NCBI RefSeq assembly: GCF_028641065.1
Contig: NC_073384.1
Coordinates: forward strand, 20,460,001 to 20,524,000
Reading direction: 5' to 3'
Origin: Leucoraja erinacea
Taxonomy: Eukaryota
DNA: 64,000 bases
The translations under genes were made by a program, and so were the position numbers. The stretch's first letter is position 1. Every line of letters begins with the position of its first letter. Below the pieces are notes generated by a model. That model saw nothing but the letters and a program-made list of their open reading frames with translations, ran no database searches and was not told where the DNA came from. Below, piece by piece: positions 60,410-64,000 of this stretch.

Positions 60410-60612
60410 GAGGATGGGCAGCAAGTGAGAGGAGGGAGGCAGAGGGGATACAGAGAGGGTGAGTGGGGGTGGGGGAGATCTGGGTGGGTAGGAAGAAGGG
60501 GAGAGAGATATAGAGAGAGAAAGTGAGGGCATAAGGGGGAATAAGAAGATGGGGGGGAAGGGGATATAGATGCGGAGGAGGCAGAGAGAATAGCAATGAA
60601 AGGGGAAAGATA
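60410..60612. repeat. GA-rich low-complexity tract
   Basis: Seen directly. Confidence 0.85.
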
Positions 60613-60831
60613 CGAAGACTGGGTTCAATGTTTAAAAATAAGGGTCATCCATTTAAAACAGATGAAGGGAGGACTTTCTCTTAGAACCGCCTTCACCAAG
60701 GGATGGTGGAAGAGTTTTTGAGTATTTTTTGTAGCAGAGGCAGGTAAATTCTTGATAAGCAGAAGAGGGAAAGGTTACTGGATGTAGGCAGGTTTGCAGA
60801 GTTAAGGTTAAGAAATGATTTCATTGAATTG

Positions 60832-61170
60832 GTGGCATGACAGTGCAGTGAATAGAGCTGCTGCCTCACAGCATAGGAGTCCTGAGTTCAATCCTGATCA
60901 CGGATGCTGTTCGTGCTCAGTTTGCATGTTCTACTTGTGTCCTCGGGTCCTCCAGTTTCCTCCTACATCCCAAAAAGATACGTGGGTCAGTAGGATAATT
61001 AGCTGTTGTAAATTGCCACAAGTGTGTAGGTGAGGGATGGAATCTGGGAGGAGTTGATGGGAATGCGGGGAGAATGAAAATTGAATCTAGGATCAGTGTA
61101 AATAAGTGGTTGAAGGTGAACACGGACCCGGTGGGCCGAAGAGCCCGTTTCCATGCTGTGTCACTCCATG
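60832..61170 (+). mobile_element. Older V-SINE
   Basis: ggcatgacagtgcagtgaatagagctgctgcctcacagc...gagttcaatcctga. Confidence 0.7.
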
Positions 61171-61689
61171 GCTGCATGAATAGCAGGGCAGAATCCTGGG
61201 GCTGAGAGGCCTACTCTTGCTTCTAATTTCTATGATTAAAAATACTGAATTTAAAAATCCTTACGGTGCAGTGGTGAGATTTGAACCTGCGGCCTCTTGA
61301 TTGCCACCCTGTGATGTCATCACCACTTTATCCGCAGAGCTTTCACTAAACACCTGCAAATGTGGTGGCGTGTGGGAAATGCCACCTGGGTTGATAATAA
61401 CCAGTTTGACCTCAAAAGGTGCTGTTTTCCAGATGACATCAGGGATTGTTATGTAAGGATTCCCCGCCCTGGTGGAAAGGTTAACATTTACCTTGACTGG
61501 GAGCCACACACCCTGCCTCAGTAACACTGTTTTATCACAGTTACACCTCGCTCGGTAACACCCTCGCCACCTGTTCTGAGGTGCGGAGTAGAGGAAGTCT
61601 TTGTGTTAAATAATTCAGAGATCGTGGCTGTGGTGAGTATTGTAGATTTTTATTTAAACTTACAGTTTGAGACTTCTATTGGATTCTTG

Positions 61690-62060
61690 GGAGGCGGAGG
61701 GGAGGATGCTCCTCAAACTGCAGAGCATCTTGGACAATACAGCTCATCCCCTCCATGACACACTGGTCAACCTGAGGAGTACCTTCAGCAACAGACTGGG
61801 TCTACCAAGATGGAGGACAGAATACCACAGGAGATTCTTCTTCCCTGAGGCTATCAAACTGTACAACTCCTCCCCCTTCTGTCGTGGGGTAGACTGAGGC
61901 TGGCTGGCCCCCCCCCCCCCCCCCCCCCCCCCCACGCCCAATCTTTGCAAATCCCCAATTCTTTCCACTCATCACTTTAATTTCATGTATTTTGTGTTTT
62001 AATGACTTGGCAGATCAATTTCCCTCCTGGGATAAATAAAGTTCTATTGTATCATATCTA
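61690..62060 (+). mobile_element. Rex1/Babar 3' end
   Basis: KLQSILDNTAHPLH...RRFFFPEAIKLYN; tail gggataaataaagtt. Confidence 0.8.
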
Positions 62061-62584
62061 TTGGACTCAGACACATGTGCATGGTCTAAAGTGAAAGTTG
62101 GAAACAAAAACTAAAAATGCTGAAAATACTCTGCAGGTCAGGCAGCATCTGTGAAAAGAGAAACAAACTTAATGTTCAAAGTTGAAAACCGTTCATCAGA
62201 ATCGGGTGGAGAAAACAAGCTGGTCTTATGCTGGTGAGTGGGTGTGGTGGAGAAACAAATAGAGGGAATATCATATGGTCATAGTGGGCTGAATGGCCGC
62301 TTCCTGTGCTGTATAACTCCGATAGGTTGCAGCCAGGATTGTCACTGGGATAAGTTGTAGGTAGAGTTGTCCAGTCGATAGTTTATTGATGGAAGCAAGA
62401 GAGAGCATGAAATATGGAACACTAAAGCTAGGAAGGTAGTTAGCCTGTTGTTTCTTAATGCTCTCGAGGCACGTTTTGCTATGCTAAAGACATCATGGAA
62501 ATAAATTGATGTAAATGAAAACTTTTCTTCTTGGGCAAGGCTCCTCAATTTACAGGGAATATATTGTGCTAAAAAGGCCTTGGG

Positions 62585-62910
62585 GAGCACAATCGTGTTG
62601 CAAATAGAGTTATTGCCTCACAGTTCCAGAGGCCGAGGTTTTATCCTGATCTCTGTGTTGTCTGTGTGGGGTTTGCACATACTTCCTTTGACCACATAGA
62701 CCTCCTTGAGGTGCTCCAGTTTCTCCTTACACCGCAAAGACAGAGGTTAGTACAGTTAATTGCTCCAATTGTGTAGGTGAGTGGAAGTAGAATCTGGGGG
62801 GAATTGATGGGAATGCAGGGACAATAACAAAAAATTGACAAGCATAGGATTAATCGAAATGGGTGGTTGATGATCAGCACAGGCCAAGTGGGCCGAAAGG
62901 CCTGTTCCTG
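62585..62910 (+). mobile_element. Older V-SINE
   Basis: Degenerate head and body; ends gggccgaaaggcctgtt. Confidence 0.65.
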
Positions 62911-63324
62911 AGCCACACAGTCACAGAGTGGCTCTATTACTGTGAGCCACTCTGTCCAATTGTTCCCTGCAATCCACTGCCCATCCCTCATCATCTCATT
63001 CAAACCCTATCTCAGAATCATAGTGTAGTACAGCACGGAAACAGGATCTAGATTCCCCATCTAAGCTAGTACCATTTACCCACTTTTGGTCTCCATCCTT
63101 CTAAACCTTTCGTATCCACATACCAGTTCAAATATTTTTAAATGTTTTTATATCTGCCTCAACCACTTTTTATGACAGCTGTTCTATATACGTACCACCC
63201 TCTGTATGAAAAGGTTGTCCCTCAGGTTCCTGCTAAATCTTTCCCCTATCACCTCAAACGTATGCCCTCTAGTGGACACAAAATGCTGGAGTAACTCTGG
63301 GACAAGCAGCATCTCTGGAGAGAA

Positions 63325-64000
63325 GTCACAAGTCAAGTCAAGTCACATTTATTTATATAGCACATTTAAAAAACAACTCTCGTTGGCCAAAGTGCTTTAC
63401 ATTTGTTATAAGAATAGTATAAACAAACAAACTACATACATATATACATATAGCCCTCACTCATTGGACGTCAGGAAAGGCTTGGGAGTATAGATAAGAT
63501 TTTAGTCTTGACTTAAAGGAGTTGATGGAGGGGACAGCCCGGATGGGAAATGTGATACTGTTCCACAGTCTAGGAGCTACAACCGCAAAGGTGCGGTCGC
63601 CCCTAAGCTTATGCCTAGACCGCGGGATATTCAGCAGCCCCAAGTCGGCCGATCTGAGGGACCTGAAGGTGGAGTGGTGGGTGAGAAGACCTTTAATGTA
63701 GGAGGGGGCAAGCCCATTGAGGGCTTTGTAGACATAGAGGAGGGTCTTGAAATGTATATGGAACCACACAGGGAGCCAGTGGAGAGAGGCCAGGATCGGG
63801 ATGATGTTGTACCTTTTTCGGGTGCCCGTCAGGAGTCTCGCTGCGGCGTTTTGGACCAGTTGCAGGTGGGACAGGGAAGATTGGCTGATGCCAGTGTAAA
63901 GAGAGTTGCAGTAATCTAGGCGGGAGGAGATAAATGTGTGGATGATCTTTTCGAGGTCATCAAAGTGGAGGAATTGTTTTATTTTAGCTATTGTCCGAAG
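63325..64000 (-). mobile_element. L2-clade LINE 3' end (continues beyond the window)
   Basis: FKTLLYVYKALNGLAPSYI...RSLRS...GDRTFAVVAPRLWNS...FKSRLKSYL; gtgctatataaataaat followed by an (acttg)n tail on the minus strand. Confidence 0.9.

Overview
Eukaryotic, repeat-dense non-coding DNA, probably intronic or intergenic, with two assembly gaps (24599-24816, 49489-49701). The repeat repertoire points to a cartilaginous fish, probably a skate or ray (inference): HE1-type tRNA-derived V-SINEs, CR1/HER1 LINE fragments, Rex1/Babar, L2 and Tx1-like LINE fragments, and Penelope-derived short elements. I cannot support any host protein-coding gene, rRNA, true tRNA or CRISPR array. The ORFs I can recognise are decayed retroelement fragments; the rest look like chance or low-complexity ORFs. 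Five observations stand out. (1) A dozen or more short Penelope-derived elements carry a minimal hammerhead-ribozyme-like core (CUGAnGA-stemII-GAAA-CG-UH); they often form foldbacks, and one sits just downstream of a GIY-YIG-type ORF end. (2) A 1.8-kb TIR DNA transposon has an AT-duplication or no-duplication insertion signature (ISL2EU/Spy-like). (3) A 3'-truncated Helitron carries ETS-CRE/YY1 promoter-like motifs. (4) Two local templated insertions, each about 1 kb from its donor, have microhomology-flanked junctions. (5) Several unique islands look like enhancers or exons. Boundaries of old repeats are approximate and were read by eye.
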